From: Piscinibacter sp.
GTDB taxonomy: Bacteria; Pseudomonadota; Gammaproteobacteria; Burkholderiales; Burkholderiaceae_C
Reading direction: 5' to 3' (one strand)
Assembly (NCBI RefSeq): GCF_036507085.1
Contig: NZ_DASXQQ010000104.1
Length of the DNA stretch: 64,000 nucleotides
A model generated the notes under the pieces. The model did not search any database. It was not told the DNA's origin and worked only from the letters and a program-made list of their open reading frames with translations. Made by a program: the position numbers and the translations under genes. This document shows, piece by piece, positions 8,295-18,944 of the stretch (positions are counted from its first letter, which is position 1; the number at the start of each line of letters is the position of its first letter).

Positions 8295-9233
8295 TCAACG
8301 CGGCAACTGACCCCGTCGCGGCAGGCCGTCGATGTCGCCGATCACCTGAACGGCCTGGGCGCCGATCCAGTTGCCCCGCGCCAGCGCCTCGGTCCAGCTC
8401 GAGCCTTCGAGCCTGGCGCTGATCACGCCGACGGCGAAGCCGTCGCCGGCGCCGACGGTGTCCACCACCTGCGCCACCGTCACGCCCGGCACCGTGCCCA
8501 CTTCGCGCGCGCTGCGGTAGTACGCGCCGTCGGCGCCGAGCTTGATCACCACCGCTTCGGCGCCGCGCGCGAGGTAGAAGGCCGCGATGTCCGCCGGTGC
8601 ATCCAGCCCGGTCAGCGTGCGCCCTTCGTTGATCCCCGGCAGCACCCAGTTCGCCAGGCCGGCGAGACGGTTGATGTGCTCGGCCATCGTCGCGCGATCG
8701 GGCCACAGGCTCGGCCGCAGGTTGGGATCGAAGGACACCGTGCGCCCGGCCGCGCGCATGAACCGCATGCTGTGCGCCACCAGCTCGGCCGCGCTCGGCG
8801 ACAGCGCCGGCGTGATGCCGGTGACGTGCAGGTGGCGCGCCGCCAGAAAGCGCGACGCATCGAAGTCCGCCAGCGACAAGGCACTGGCCGCCGAGCCCTT
8901 GCGAAAGTATTCGACCTTCGGGTCTTGCCCGTCGAGCGAACGCGCCTTGAGCATGAAGCCGGTCGGGCGCTGCGGGTCGATGCCGACGTTCGTGCAGTCC
9001 ACCTGCTCGCGGGTCACGGCCCGGCGAACGAACTCGCCGAACGAATCGGCGCCGATGCGGCTGACCCAGCTCACCCGCAAGCCGAGCCGCGCGAGGCCGA
9101 TGGCCACGTTGCTCTCGGCGCCGGCCAGGTGCTTGGTGAAGTGTTCGCACTCGGCCAATGGGCCGGGCTCGTCGGCCACCAGCAAGGCCATGGTTTCGCC
9201 GAGGGTGATGACGTCGAAGGGGATGTCGTCCAT
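8295..9233 (-). CDS. PfkB family sugar kinase (KdgK/KguK-like)
   Basis: AGAESNVAIGLARLG, SFDPNLRPSLW, DTVGAGDGF; ATG 9233 (alternative 9251). Confidence 0.88.
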   Translation of the reverse strand: MDDIPFDVITLGETMALLVADEPGPLAECEHFTKHLAGAESNVAIGLARLGLRVSWVSRIGADSFGEFVRRAVTREQVDCTNVGIDPQRPTGFMLKARSLDGQDPKVEYFRKGSAASALSLADFDASRFLAARHLHVTGITPALSPSAAELVAHSMRFMRAAGRTVSFDPNLRPSLWPDRATMAEHINRLAGLANWVLPGINEGRTLTGLDAPADIAAFYLARGAEAVVIKLGADGAYYRSAREVGTVPGVTVAQVVDTVGAGDGFAVGVISARLEGSSWTEALARGNWIGAQAVQVIGDIDGLPRRGQLPR

Positions 9234-9244
9234 GGGCTCGGGTC

Positions 9245-10768
9245 TCAGCATAGCGCCTGCAGCGTCCCGAACACGCCCCGCTCGCGCAGCGCCTGCGTGC
9301 CGCGCGCCACGGCGGCGACGAAGCGCGGCTGCGCGGCCAGGTCGCCGAACAAGGGAGTGAGTCGGGTGAAGACCTCGACCCGGCGCCGCTCGGCGGCCTG
9401 CGCGTCGGCGACGCCCTGCGACGCCTGGTCGGCTTGCGCCATCGCCTCGGCCAGCGCGCCGGCGAGCGGGTCCTGGATCTCGTGGGCCCGGCCGGCCTCG
9501 TCGACGCCGCGCAGGTAATGCAGCCACGCCGCCACGGCGAGTGCCAGGCGCTCGATCGGCTGATCGGCGTTCAGGCGGTCGCGCACGCTGCCGAGCAGGC
9601 GTTGCGGCAGCTTCTGCGAGCCGTCCATCGCGATCTGCCTCGTCTGGTGCTGCAGCGCCGGGTTGGCATAGCGCTGCAGCAGGCGAGCGCGGTAGGCGTC
9701 GAGGTCCAGCTGCGGCAGCGGCGGCAGGGTCGGCGCGATCTCCTCGCGCATCAGCGCGTCGATGTAGCCACGCAGCAGCGGCTCGGCGATCGCGCGGTCC
9801 ACCGTCGCGAGGCCGGCCATCGCGCCGAGGTAGGCGAGCGCCGAATGGGTTCCGTTGACCATGCGCAGCTTGAGTGTCTCGTAGGGCGCGGCTTCGTCGA
9901 CGAAGCGCGCGCCGCCGGCGGCCCAGTCGGGACGACCGGCAGCGAAGCGGTCTTCGACGACCCAGTCGAGAAACGGTTCGCCGAGCACCGGCCAGGCGTC
10001 GCGCACGCCGAGGCGCGCGCTGATGCGCTCGCGGTCGGCGGCGGTGGTGCGCGGCACGATGCGGTCGACCATCGAGTTGGGGAAGGTGCAGGCGGCGACG
10101 ATCCAGGCGGCCAGGTCGGCGTCGACCTTGTCGGCGAACGCCAGCACGAGCCCGCGCAGCGTGTGGCCGTTGGCCGGCAGGTTGTCGAGCGACAGCAGCG
10201 TGACGGAGCCGAGCCCGCGCGCTTTGCGGCGCTGCAGCCCGCGCACCAGCATGCCCACCGCACTGCGTGGGGCAGCGGCGTGGGCGAGGTCGTGAACGAT
10301 GTCGGGGTGGTCCCAGCGCAGCGCGTGGGTCGCCGGGTCGTGGCAGTAGCCCTTCTCGGTGACGGTGAGGCTGACGATGCGGGTGTCGGCATGCGCGATG
10401 CGCTGCAGCACGGCCTCGGGGTCCTCGGGCGCGACCAACACATCGAGCAAATTGCCGACGACTTGCAGCGTCTCGCGCGGCGCGCCGTCCTCGCCCGCGT
10501 CGCGGATCGCCACCGTGTAGAGACCGGCTTGCGGCCTCAAGGCGTCGCGCGTGTCGGCCTGGCGCAGCGACACGCCGACGATGCCCCAGCGCAGGTCGTT
10601 CGTCGCGTGCAGCGCCGCCTCGGTCACGACCGCGAGGTGGGCGCGCTGGAATGCACCGACGCCGAGGTGGACGATGCCGGCGCGCAGCGCGTCGCGCTCG
10701 TAGCGCGGGACGGCGATGTCGCTCGGCAGCTGGTGGAGCGATGTGGGGTGAAGGCGGTCCACGATCAC
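9245..10768 (-). CDS. uxuB: Mannitol dehydrogenase family protein (fructuronate reductase, UxuB-like)
   Basis: [54 protein letters not shown]; GTG overlaps manD stop. Confidence 0.85.
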   Translation of the reverse strand: MIVDRLHPTSLHQLPSDIAVPRYERDALRAGIVHLGVGAFQRAHLAVVTEAALHATNDLRWGIVGVSLRQADTRDALRPQAGLYTVAIRDAGEDGAPRETLQVVGNLLDVLVAPEDPEAVLQRIAHADTRIVSLTVTEKGYCHDPATHALRWDHPDIVHDLAHAAAPRSAVGMLVRGLQRRKARGLGSVTLLSLDNLPANGHTLRGLVLAFADKVDADLAAWIVAACTFPNSMVDRIVPRTTAADRERISARLGVRDAWPVLGEPFLDWVVEDRFAAGRPDWAAGGARFVDEAAPYETLKLRMVNGTHSALAYLGAMAGLATVDRAIAEPLLRGYIDALMREEIAPTLPPLPQLDLDAYRARLLQRYANPALQHQTRQIAMDGSQKLPQRLLGSVRDRLNADQPIERLALAVAAWLHYLRGVDEAGRAHEIQDPLAGALAEAMAQADQASQGVADAQAAERRRVEVFTRLTPLFGDLAAQPRFVAAVARGTQALRERGVFGTLQALC

Positions 10769-11976
10769 CAGTTCCACAAAGTCCCGTCGTGCTGCAGACG
10801 ATTCACCGGCAGGTAGGCGCGCTGGTACGGGTACTTCGCGGCCAGGGCCTCGTCGATCTCCACGCCATGACCGGCCACATCCCCCGGATACAGCATGCCC
10901 TGGTCGAAGCGGTAGGCATGCGGGAACACCGCGTCGGTCTCGGCGGTGTGGCGCATGTACTCCTGGATGCCGAAGTTCGGCACCGAGATGTCGAAGTGCA
11001 GGGCCGCGCCCATGCACACCGGCGACAGGTCGGTCGCCCCGTGGCAGCCGGTGCGCACCTGGTACAGAGAAGCAAGATCGGCGATGCGACGCAGGTGGCT
11101 GATGCCGCCCGCATGCACGACCGTCGCGCGGATGTAGTCGATCAACTGGTTCTGGATCAGGTCCTTGCAGTCCCAGATCGTGTTGAAGATCTCGCCCACC
11201 GCGATCGGCGTGGTGGTGTGCTGGCGGATCAGCTTGAAGGCTTCCTGGTTTTCCGCCGGGGTCGGGTCTTCCATCCAGAACAGGTTGTAGGGTTCGAGCG
11301 ACTTGCCCAGGCGTCCGGCCTCGATCGGCGTGAGGCGGTGGTGCACGTCGTGCAGCAGGTGGTGCTCGAAGCCGAGCTTGTCGCGAATGCGCTCGAACAG
11401 CTTCGGCGCATGCCGCAGGTACTTCTCCGTCGACCAGTCGTGCTCCGACGGCAGATCGCTGTCGGCCGGTTCGTAGAACAGGGTGCCGCGGCCGACGCCG
11501 TAGACCTTTTCCAGCCCCGGCACGCCGCTTTGCGCGCGGATCGCCTTGTAGCCTTGCTCGGCATAGCGCAGCACCTCGTCGACCGTGTGCTCGATGTCGC
11601 TGCCGTTGGCGTGGCCGTAGACCATCACGCCGGTGCGGCTCTTGCCGCCGAGCAGCTGGTACAGCGGGAGGTTCGCCGCCTTCGCCTTGATGTCCCACAG
11701 CGCGGTGTCGACCGCGGCGATGGCGCTCATCGTGACCGGGCCGCGCCGCCAGTAGGCGCCGCGGTACAGGTACTGCCAGATGTCTTCGATCTGGTGCGCG
11801 TCGCGGCCGATCAGGCAGGGGATGACATGCTCTTCGAGGTAGGCCACGACGGCGAGTTCGCGACCGTTCAGCGTGGCGTCGCCGATGCCGGTCAAGCCCT
11901 CGTCGGTCTCGATCTTCAGCGTGACGAAATTGCGGCCCGGGCAGCAGACGATGACGCGGGCGTTGGTGATTTTCAT
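10765..11976 (-). CDS. manD: D-mannonate dehydratase, enolase superfamily (ManD/RspA)
   Basis: [42 protein letters not shown]-terminal GTLWNW. Confidence 0.92.
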   Translation of the reverse strand: MKITNARVIVCCPGRNFVTLKIETDEGLTGIGDATLNGRELAVVAYLEEHVIPCLIGRDAHQIEDIWQYLYRGAYWRRGPVTMSAIAAVDTALWDIKAKAANLPLYQLLGGKSRTGVMVYGHANGSDIEHTVDEVLRYAEQGYKAIRAQSGVPGLEKVYGVGRGTLFYEPADSDLPSEHDWSTEKYLRHAPKLFERIRDKLGFEHHLLHDVHHRLTPIEAGRLGKSLEPYNLFWMEDPTPAENQEAFKLIRQHTTTPIAVGEIFNTIWDCKDLIQNQLIDYIRATVVHAGGISHLRRIADLASLYQVRTGCHGATDLSPVCMGAALHFDISVPNFGIQEYMRHTAETDAVFPHAYRFDQGMLYPGDVAGHGVEIDEALAAKYPYQRAYLPVNRLQHDGTLWNW

Positions 11977-12004
11977 GAGGTGTCCGGGAAAGCGGTCAAT
12001 CGGG

Positions 12005-12787
12005 TCAGGCGTGCCAGCCCAGGTGGCCGAGGAAGTCGCGCGTGCGCTCGGCGCTCGGGTTGTCGAAAATCTGCGCGGGCGGGCCCTGCTCGACGACCTT
12101 GCCGTGGTCGAACACCACGACCCAGTTCGCCACCTGGCGGGCGAAGGTCATTTCGTGGGTCACCACCACCATCGTCATGCCTTCGTCGGCCAGGCGCTTC
12201 ATCACGTTGAGCACCTCGCCGATGGTCTCGGGGTCGAGCGCCGAGGTCGGCTCGTCGAACAGCATCACCTCGGGTTCCATCGCCAGCGCGCGCGCGATCG
12301 CCACCCGCTGCTGTTGCCCACCCGACAGGCCGGCCGGATAGTTGGCGGCCTTGTTCGCGAGGCCCACCTTGTCGAGCAAGGCCATCGCGCGCTTGCGCGC
12401 ATCGGCCTCGTTCATGCCGAGCACGGTGATCGGGCCCATCGCCACGTTGTCGAGTGCGTTCTTGTGCGGGAACAGCTCGAAGTTCTGGAACACCATGCCC
12501 ATGCGCCGGCGGATCTTGCGCATCTCGGTTTCGGACTCGGGCAGCGGCTCGCCGTCGAACAGAACCCGCCCGCCGTTGATGCCTTCGAGCGAGTTGGTGC
12601 AGCGAAGCAGGGTCGACTTGCCCGAGCCCGAAGGCCCGATCAGGCACATGACCTCGCCCTTGTTGACCTGCACCGACACGCCGTCGATGGCGACGAAGCT
12701 GCCGTACAGCTTGCGCACCTGGTCGTAGACGACGACCGGCGGCTGGTCCGCGCCCTTGCGCGCGACGCCGTTGATTGCGATGTTCAT
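12005..12787 (-). CDS. Polar amino acid ABC transporter ATP-binding protein
   Basis: [35 protein letters not shown]; ATG overlaps permease stop. Confidence 0.92.
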   Translation of the reverse strand: MNIAINGVARKGADQPPVVVYDQVRKLYGSFVAIDGVSVQVNKGEVMCLIGPSGSGKSTLLRCTNSLEGINGGRVLFDGEPLPESETEMRKIRRRMGMVFQNFELFPHKNALDNVAMGPITVLGMNEADARKRAMALLDKVGLANKAANYPAGLSGGQQQRVAIARALAMEPEVMLFDEPTSALDPETIGEVLNVMKRLADEGMTMVVVTHEMTFARQVANWVVVFDHGKVVEQGPPAQIFDNPSAERTRDFLGHLGWHA

Positions 12788-13443
12788 TCCTTGACCTCGA
12801 ATTTCTTCTGAATCCAGTCGACCAGCTTGGCCTGCGGGTAGCCCATCAGCCAGTAGATGGCCGCCATGGCAGTGAGCATCTCCAGCACGCGAAAGCTCTG
12901 CGATCGGATCTGCAAGGCGACGTGGGCGAGCTCGCCGACGGCGATCACCGACACCAGCGAGGTGTCCTTGAACAGCGAGACCCAGGTGCTCGCGAGCACC
13001 GGCAGCACACGGCGCCAGGCCTGCGGGATGACGATCTGGCGCATCGCCTGCCAGCGGCTCATGCCCATCGCGATGCCCGCCTCGAGCTGGCCCTTGCGGA
13101 TCGAGTTGATGCCGGCGCGGAAGGTCTCGGAGTTGTAGGCCGAGACGTTCAGGCACAGCGCGACCAGCCCGGTGGTGAAGGCCGAGAACTCGATGTGCAG
13201 GAACACCGGCATCACATAGAACGCCCAGTACACCAGCAGGATCAGCGGCAGGTTGCGGAAGAACTCGACGAAGCAGGCGCTCGCGCGGGAGAGCACGCGC
13301 GAATGCGACAGGCGCATCAGCGCGAGCAGGATGCCGCCCGGCACCGCCACCAGCATCGTCAGCACGGTGAGCAGCACGGTCATGCCGGCGCCTTCGGCGA
13401 GGTCGGCGCGGTGCTGCCAGACGATGTTCCAGTCCAGTGTCAT
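12784..13443 (-). CDS. Polar amino acid ABC transporter permease
   Basis: [28 protein letters not shown]. Confidence 0.9.
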   Translation of the reverse strand: MTLDWNIVWQHRADLAEGAGMTVLLTVLTMLVAVPGGILLALMRLSHSRVLSRASACFVEFFRNLPLILLVYWAFYVMPVFLHIEFSAFTTGLVALCLNVSAYNSETFRAGINSIRKGQLEAGIAMGMSRWQAMRQIVIPQAWRRVLPVLASTWVSLFKDTSLVSVIAVGELAHVALQIRSQSFRVLEMLTAMAAIYWLMGYPQAKLVDWIQKKFEVKE

Positions 13444-14105
13444 GACCGCCCCAGGTGCGCGACGCGCTTGTAGAAGGAGTCGATCAGCCGCGTGCCCGGA
13501 AAGAGGATCACGAAGTACACCAGCATCGCGAAGGTGAACACCTCGATCGGGTGGTACGACTGGCCGGCGATGGTTTCGGAGCGCTTCATGAACTCGGGCA
13601 CCGCGATGACGGTGGCGATCGCCGTGTCCTTGATCGTCACCGACAGCAGCGACCCGAACGCCGGCAGCATGCGCACCAGCGCCTGCGGCAGCACGACCTT
13701 GCGCACGATCTGCGCGCCCGACATGCCCAGCGCCCTGCCCGCGCGGATCTGCCCCGGGCGGATCGACTCGATGCCGGCGCGCACCACCTCGGCCACGTAG
13801 GCCGAGATGTGCAGGGTCAGTGCCAGCACTGCGGCCCAGAACGGCGGGAAGTTGAATCCGCTCAAGACCGGCACCGCGAAGTAGATCCACACCAGCACCA
13901 CCAGCACCGGGATGGCGCGCATGGAGTCGATGTAGAAGGTGAGCAGCAGCGCGAGCCAACGCGGGCCGTAAAGGCGAAGCAGCGCGAGCGCCGTGCCCGC
14001 GAGCGCGCTGGACAGCAAGGTCAGGACCGAGAGCCACAGCGTCACGCCGAGGCCGCCGAGCAGGTACTGCCGGTTGTCCCAGAGGGGAGAGAAGTCGAGT
14101 TCCAT
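13440..14105 (-). CDS. Polar amino acid ABC transporter permease
   Basis: [28 protein letters not shown]. Confidence 0.9.
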   Translation of the reverse strand: MELDFSPLWDNRQYLLGGLGVTLWLSVLTLLSSALAGTALALLRLYGPRWLALLLTFYIDSMRAIPVLVVLVWIYFAVPVLSGFNFPPFWAAVLALTLHISAYVAEVVRAGIESIRPGQIRAGRALGMSGAQIVRKVVLPQALVRMLPAFGSLLSVTIKDTAIATVIAVPEFMKRSETIAGQSYHPIEVFTFAMLVYFVILFPGTRLIDSFYKRVAHLGRS

Positions 14106-14143
14106 GGCTTAGCGCAGTTCGCAGCGGCAGAGCACGGCGCGCG

Positions 14144-14992
14144 TCACTTCATCGAGCCGACGACGCGTTGCTCGTCGGCCGCGAGCTTGGGCTCCATCTG
14201 CTTGGCCACCGCGCGCAGCCAGTCGAGGTAGACCGTCTGGTTCTTGTCGATCGCGAGGCCCACCGGGTTGGCCTTCTCCATGCTGCCCTGGCAGTTGTTT
14301 TCCTTCGGCAGCGCGGCCAGCCCCTTGACCTTCTTGGCCAGCGCCACCCAAGGCACCCGGTTGATCGGCGCCGCGTCGGCACGCTTGGCCATGATCTCTT
14401 CGACCGGCGCCGCGGCGCCCGAACTCGTCACGCCGCGCAGCTTGGCTTTGGGAAAGCGCTCCTTGACCCAGTTCTCCTCGCCACCGCCGATGAAGTAGGC
14501 GATGGTGACGTCGGGCTGGTTCAGGTCGTCCACCGACTTGGCCGCCGCGATCTTCGGGTTGTCGGCGCGGCCGAACAGGCACACGCTGGTGTTCGAATAC
14601 AGCACGAAGTCGACCACCTTCAGCCGCTCGGGCGTGGCCGCAAGCGGCGTGATGCTCATGTCGACCTGGTTCGACGCGAGCACCGGCACCTTGGTCTCGT
14701 GGCTCACCAGCACCGGATCGAGCTTGACGCCGAGCAGGCGCGCATATTCCTTGGCCAGCAGCCAGGCGGGGCCGTCCCAGGCCTCGCCCGCGCCGCCGCC
14801 GGTGTTCTCCACCAGCCAGGGCGAGTTGGACAGCACGCCGACGCGCAAGGCGCCGGACTTCTTGATCGCGTCGATGCGCGGGCTCGCGCCGGGCGCGGGC
14901 ACGGGTTGCGCCAGCGCCGGGGCCATCATGGCCGCCAGCAGCAGGCTGGCCAGGAAAGCGGGCATGCGGCGGCTGTTGAGTCGATGGGTCAT
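14144..14992 (-). CDS. ABC substrate-binding protein (SBP_bac_3 family)
   Basis: Signal peptide; RIDAIKKSGALRVG, ATPERLKVVDF. Confidence 0.85.
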   Translation of the reverse strand: MTHRLNSRRMPAFLASLLLAAMMAPALAQPVPAPGASPRIDAIKKSGALRVGVLSNSPWLVENTGGGAGEAWDGPAWLLAKEYARLLGVKLDPVLVSHETKVPVLASNQVDMSITPLAATPERLKVVDFVLYSNTSVCLFGRADNPKIAAAKSVDDLNQPDVTIAYFIGGGEENWVKERFPKAKLRGVTSSGAAAPVEEIMAKRADAAPINRVPWVALAKKVKGLAALPKENNCQGSMEKANPVGLAIDKNQTVYLDWLRAVAKQMEPKLAADEQRVVGSMK

Positions 14993-15068
14993 GGCTTCGT
15001 CTCCGTGAATCAGCACGCTCGGGTGCTGGTGATGGCCGGGCAATCCGGTCTGATGCGGGGCCGGCGGG

Positions 15069-15797
15069 TCAGCGCCAGGCCCGGGCGAACTCGTTGATCA
15101 CGCGCTCCAGGTGCGCGCGCATCGCCGCACGCGCGGCCCCCGCGTCGCGCGACAGCAGCGCGCTGAACACGCGCTGGTGGTCTTCTTGCGAGGCCAGGCG
15201 CAGGTCGGTCGTGTGGAAGTGCTCGTCGATCTTGGTCCAGACGGGACCCTTGGCGTGGTCCCACATCGCGGTGACCATCTGCAGCAGCACGCTGTTGCCG
15301 GTCGACTCGGCGATGCGCAGGTGGAACAGCCGGTCGGCGGCTTCGTTGAGGAGCTTGTCGTCCATGTGCTCGCGCATGTCGGCCAGCGCGGCGAAGATGC
15401 GGTCGAGGTCGGCGTCCTTGCGCGTTTCCGCCGCCAGCGCGGCAATTTCGGATTCGATCAGGCAGCGCGCGCGCAGCAGTTCGAAGGGCCCGGGCCCGGC
15501 TTCCGGCATGAACGCCGGCGCCTTGACCGTGGTGGGCGTCTGGCTCACGTAGATGCCGGAGCCGCCGCGCACCTCGACCGCGCCCTGCAGTTCCAGCGCG
15601 ATGATGGCCTCGCGCACCGAGGTGCGGCTCACATCGAAGCGATCGGCCAGCGCGCGCTCCGACGGCAGGCGTTCGCCCGCCTTGAATTCGCCGTTGACGA
15701 TCAGCGCCAGGATCTGCGCCGCCAGCCGCTGGTAGGAGCGGTCGGTGCTGACGTCGGACGGAGCGTCCGGATTACCGTTGATCAGGTGAAGCGTCAT
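15069..15797 (-). CDS. GntR/FadR family regulator (UxuR/ExuR-like)
   Basis: LPSERALADRFDVSRTSVREAIIALE HTH; FCD domain (FHLRIAESTGN). Confidence 0.9.
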   Translation of the reverse strand: MTLHLINGNPDAPSDVSTDRSYQRLAAQILALIVNGEFKAGERLPSERALADRFDVSRTSVREAIIALELQGAVEVRGGSGIYVSQTPTTVKAPAFMPEAGPGPFELLRARCLIESEIAALAAETRKDADLDRIFAALADMREHMDDKLLNEAADRLFHLRIAESTGNSVLLQMVTAMWDHAKGPVWTKIDEHFHTTDLRLASQEDHQRVFSALLSRDAGAARAAMRAHLERVINEFARAWR

Positions 15798-15807
15798 GGG
15801 GATCTCG

Positions 15808-15841
15808 AAGTGGTTAGACCACGCAGTATTTGGTCGGCCAA
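15808..15841. promoter_or_regulatory. FadR-family operator boxes (GTGGTTAGACCAC; TTGGTCGGCCAA)
   Basis: TGGT-N2/3-ACCA-type palindromes upstream of the regulator; 15-mer AAGTGGTTAGACCAC identical to 17775-17789. Confidence 0.65.
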
Positions 15842-15856
15842 TGGATTTCGTGAAGT

Positions 15857-16894
15857 CTAGAACGTGACCTGCACCTTCATCGCACGGGTTCGATCACCGG
15901 CCAGCGCAAAAGCCTCGTGAACGCGCGCCACCGGCATCGCCTCGGTCAGCAGCGGCGAGACATCGATGACCTTGCGACTGAGGTAGTCCACCGCCCACTC
16001 GTACTCGTCGGTAAAGCGGAACGCGCCGATCAGGCTCAGGCTCTTGACCATGATCTGGTTGAACGGGCAGCCTTCGCTGCTTCCCGAGAGCGTGCCCACC
16101 TGGACGATCGTCCCGCAGGGGCGCGTAACCCGGATGCAGTTGGCCAAGCCAGCATAGCTGCCGGAGACCTCGAAGCAGACATCCACCAGCCCCTTGGCTT
16201 GCGCCAGCGCATCGAGCGCCGCCGGGTCCCGGCCCGCATGGATGGTGCAGGTCGCACCGACGCGCGCGCAAGCAGCGAGCGTCTGGTCGACGATGTCGAC
16301 CGCGATCAACTCGCGCGCGCCAGCGAGCTTGGCTGCCATCAGCGTCAGGGCACCGATCGGCCCGGCGCCGACGACCATGATCGTCTTTCCGAGCAGGGAA
16401 CCGGCCCGGTTGACGGCATGCAATGCCACCGCGAGCGGTTCACCGAAGGCCGCGATCTCGAAGGGCAAGCTGGCCGGAACGGGGATGCACTGCCGCTGCT
16501 CGACCACGATGCTTTCACGCATGGCGCCCTGCATGTGGGGGAAGCGGCTTGCGCTGCCGAAGAAGTGGACGTTCTCGCAATGGTTGAACGCGCCGGCGCG
16601 GCAGTAGCGGCACACGCCGCAGGTGCGCGAAGGGTTGATCGCGACACGGTCGCCCGGCCGCACGGTCGACACCTCGGCGCCGACTTCGATCACCTGCCCC
16701 GACGCTTCGTGCCCCGGGGTGAATGGCTCGCGGATGACGAAGTCGCCGACCCGGCCATGCTGGTAGTAGTGCAGATCGGAGCCGCAGATACCGACCGCCT
16801 TGACGGCGACGCGCACGTCCGTCGGCTTCAACGCGTCGACGTCGCGCTCGGCCACTCGAAGGTCCTTCGCGCCATGGATCTCGCAAGCGAGCAT
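15857..16894 (-). CDS. Zn-dependent dehydrogenase (L-idonate/L-gulonate 5-dehydrogenase-like)
   Basis: GICGSDLHYY, GHE, CxxCxxC(x7)C, GAGPIG. Confidence 0.85.
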   Translation of the reverse strand: MLACEIHGAKDLRVAERDVDALKPTDVRVAVKAVGICGSDLHYYQHGRVGDFVIREPFTPGHEASGQVIEVGAEVSTVRPGDRVAINPSRTCGVCRYCRAGAFNHCENVHFFGSASRFPHMQGAMRESIVVEQRQCIPVPASLPFEIAAFGEPLAVALHAVNRAGSLLGKTIMVVGAGPIGALTLMAAKLAGARELIAVDIVDQTLAACARVGATCTIHAGRDPAALDALAQAKGLVDVCFEVSGSYAGLANCIRVTRPCGTIVQVGTLSGSSEGCPFNQIMVKSLSLIGAFRFTDEYEWAVDYLSRKVIDVSPLLTEAMPVARVHEAFALAGDRTRAMKVQVTF

Positions 16895-16904
16895 TGCGGG
16901 GGCC

Positions 16905-17753
16905 TTATTTCAGATTGCGGGTGGCACGCTGCTCTTCGGCGAGCAGCGCGGGCTTCATGCGGCTTTCGACGGCACGCAGCCAGTCGAGAAAGACGGTCTG
17001 GTTCTTCTCGACCCCCATGCCGAGCGGATTCGCATACTCCTTGCTGTCCTGGCAATCGTTCTCCTTCGGAAAGACCGCCAGACCCTTGACCTTCTTGCTG
17101 AGGGTCATCCATAAGACCCGGTTGAGCGGCGCGACGTCGGAGCGACCCGCCAGCACTTCCTCGATCGGCGCCGGCGAGCCGGAGTTCGCCACGCCGCGGT
17201 GCTTCGCGTTGGGGAAGCGCTTGCGCACCCAGGGCTCTTCGCCGGCGCCGGTGAAGTAGGCGATCGTGACGTCGGGCTTGTTGAAGTCCTCGACGCTCTG
17301 GGCCTTGGTGAATTTCGGGTTCGACGCCAGGCCGAACATGCACACGCTGGTGTTCGAGAAGGTGACGAAGTCGATGATCTTCTGGCGCTCCGCGCTTTCA
17401 GCCAGCGGGCCGATCATGATGTCGAACTGGTTCGCGGTCAGGGCCGGGACCTTGGTCTCGTGGCTGACGAGGATCGGCTGCAGCTTGACGCTCAGCAGGC
17501 GCGCATATTCCTGCGCCAGCAACCACGACGGCCCTTCCCACGGGTCGCCTTGCCCGCTGGTGTTCTCCACCAGCCACGGGGCGTTGTTGACCACGCCGAC
17601 CCGCAAGATGCCGGCCTTGCGAATCGCATCGATGCGCGGGCTCGCACCCGGGGCGGGCACGGTTTGGGCGAGGGTGCCGATCGAGACGCCGGTCAGCAGC
17701 AGCGACGCCGCAATGGTGACCAGGTGCCGACGAATGGATTTGCCTGTGTTCAT
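16905..17753 (-). CDS. ABC substrate-binding protein (SBP_bac_3), paralog of 14144-14992
   Basis: Shares PAPGASPRIDAI, VSHETKVP, NTSVC, PKEN.CQ, KNQTV.LDWLRAV with 14144-14992. Confidence 0.85.
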   Translation of the reverse strand: MNTGKSIRRHLVTIAASLLLTGVSIGTLAQTVPAPGASPRIDAIRKAGILRVGVVNNAPWLVENTSGQGDPWEGPSWLLAQEYARLLSVKLQPILVSHETKVPALTANQFDIMIGPLAESAERQKIIDFVTFSNTSVCMFGLASNPKFTKAQSVEDFNKPDVTIAYFTGAGEEPWVRKRFPNAKHRGVANSGSPAPIEEVLAGRSDVAPLNRVLWMTLSKKVKGLAVFPKENDCQDSKEYANPLGMGVEKNQTVFLDWLRAVESRMKPALLAEEQRATRNLK

Positions 17754-17774
17754 GGGTCTCTCGGGTGCAACGCA

Positions 17775-17833
17775 AAGTGGTTAGACCACATTATGTGTGG
17801 TTTACCGCTTTTGCGCATAGTGGTTTACCACTA
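17775..17833. promoter_or_regulatory. Three FadR-family operator boxes upstream of the sugar-acid operon
   Basis: GTGGTTAGACCAC, GTGGTTTACCGC, and palindrome TAGTGGT-TT-ACCACTA (17818-17833). Confidence 0.7.
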
Positions 17834-17857
17834 TGGCTGCACCCTTGGCCGGATTTC

Positions 17858-17878
17858 GTGGGCTGAAGCCCACCCTAC
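17858..17878. repeat. Single GTAG-type REP
   Basis: GTGGGCTGAAGCCCACCCTAC, reverse complement of 3566-3586. Confidence 0.75.
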
Positions 17879-17907
17879 AATCCGCGCCCCACCCTCGCAG
17901 TCATTTC

Positions 17908-18876
17908 ATGTTCAAGAACGCACTCGTCTATCGCATCGGTTCATGGGACCCGGCCTCCATGGCGGACATCGAAGATCGCCTCGCCGGCGGCCGCTTCATG
18001 GCCTGCGGCGCCACGCAACCAGAATCGGCCGGCTGGATCGAGCCGCGCGGCGAAAAGTATGGCGCGCTCGTCGAAAACGTCGGCGGCCAGCTCATCCTGC
18101 AGCTGTGCGTCGAACGCAAGCCGGTGCCCGGCTCGGTGGTGAAAGCCGCGCTCAACGAGCGACTCGAGAAAATCGAGGCCGAGACCGGCCGGCGCCCGAA
18201 GGGCAAGCAGGCCAAGGAGCTCAAGGAAGAGATCGTCCACGCGCTGTTGCCGCGCGCCTTTCCCAAGCGCTCGCGCACGCTGATCTGGGTCGACCCGAAG
18301 GCGGGGCTCGTGCTCGTCGACGCGGCCGGCATGAAGAAGGCCGACGCCATCGTCACCCAGCTCGTGGAGTTGCTCGGCGGCGGCATCGTGCTGACGCTGC
18401 TTCAGACGCAGACCTCGCCGGCGACGGCGATGTCGGAGTGGCTCAAGACCAAGGAAGCGCCGCCCGGCTTCAGCGTCGACCGCGAGTGCGAACTCAAGCA
18501 GCCCGACAGCGAAAAGGCCAGCGTGAAGTATTCGCGTCACACGCTGGACATCGACGAGGTCGGCGAACACATCGCCCAGGGCAAGCTGCCGACGCAACTG
18601 GCGATGACCTGGGCCGGACGCGTCTCCTTCGTGCTCACCGAATCGATGACGCTGAAGAAGATCAAGCTGCTCGACGTCGTGCTCGAGGGTGCGGGTGCAA
18701 GCCCGGGCCAGGGCGACAACGGCTTCGATGCCGATGTCGCCATCGCCACCGGCGAGCTGGGCCAGCTGATCCCCGAGCTGATCGATGCGCTGGGCGGCGA
18801 GCTGGTCCGCGAGTCATTGCAAGGCGGCAGCGAGGTTCGCGCCTTGGCGGCGAAAGAAACGGCCGTGGCCGCTTGA
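17908..18876 (+). CDS. rdgC: Recombination-associated protein RdgC
   Basis: MFKNALVYRI, ESAGW, LLPRAF, CELK, LAMTW..RVSFVLT, FDADVAI.TGEL..LI..LGGE. Confidence 0.9.
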   Translation: MFKNALVYRIGSWDPASMADIEDRLAGGRFMACGATQPESAGWIEPRGEKYGALVENVGGQLILQLCVERKPVPGSVVKAALNERLEKIEAETGRRPKGKQAKELKEEIVHALLPRAFPKRSRTLIWVDPKAGLVLVDAAGMKKADAIVTQLVELLGGGIVLTLLQTQTSPATAMSEWLKTKEAPPGFSVDRECELKQPDSEKASVKYSRHTLDIDEVGEHIAQGKLPTQLAMTWAGRVSFVLTESMTLKKIKLLDVVLEGAGASPGQGDNGFDADVAIATGELGQLIPELIDALGGELVRESLQGGSEVRALAAKETAVAA

Positions 18877-18944
18877 GGCGTCGGGGGCCGTTTCCTCCCC
18901 CGCCAAATCGGCGCATAGTGTCCTCCTGAAAGCTTGGAGGCGCC

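Noticed and set aside
9245-11698. 817-aa ORF as a fusion protein
   Set aside because: The upstream 310 codons are an off-frame overlap of manD; homology starts at GTG 10768
17908-18876. rdgC as a prophage marker
   Set aside because: No phage genes nearby; consistent with an ordinary chromosomal copy
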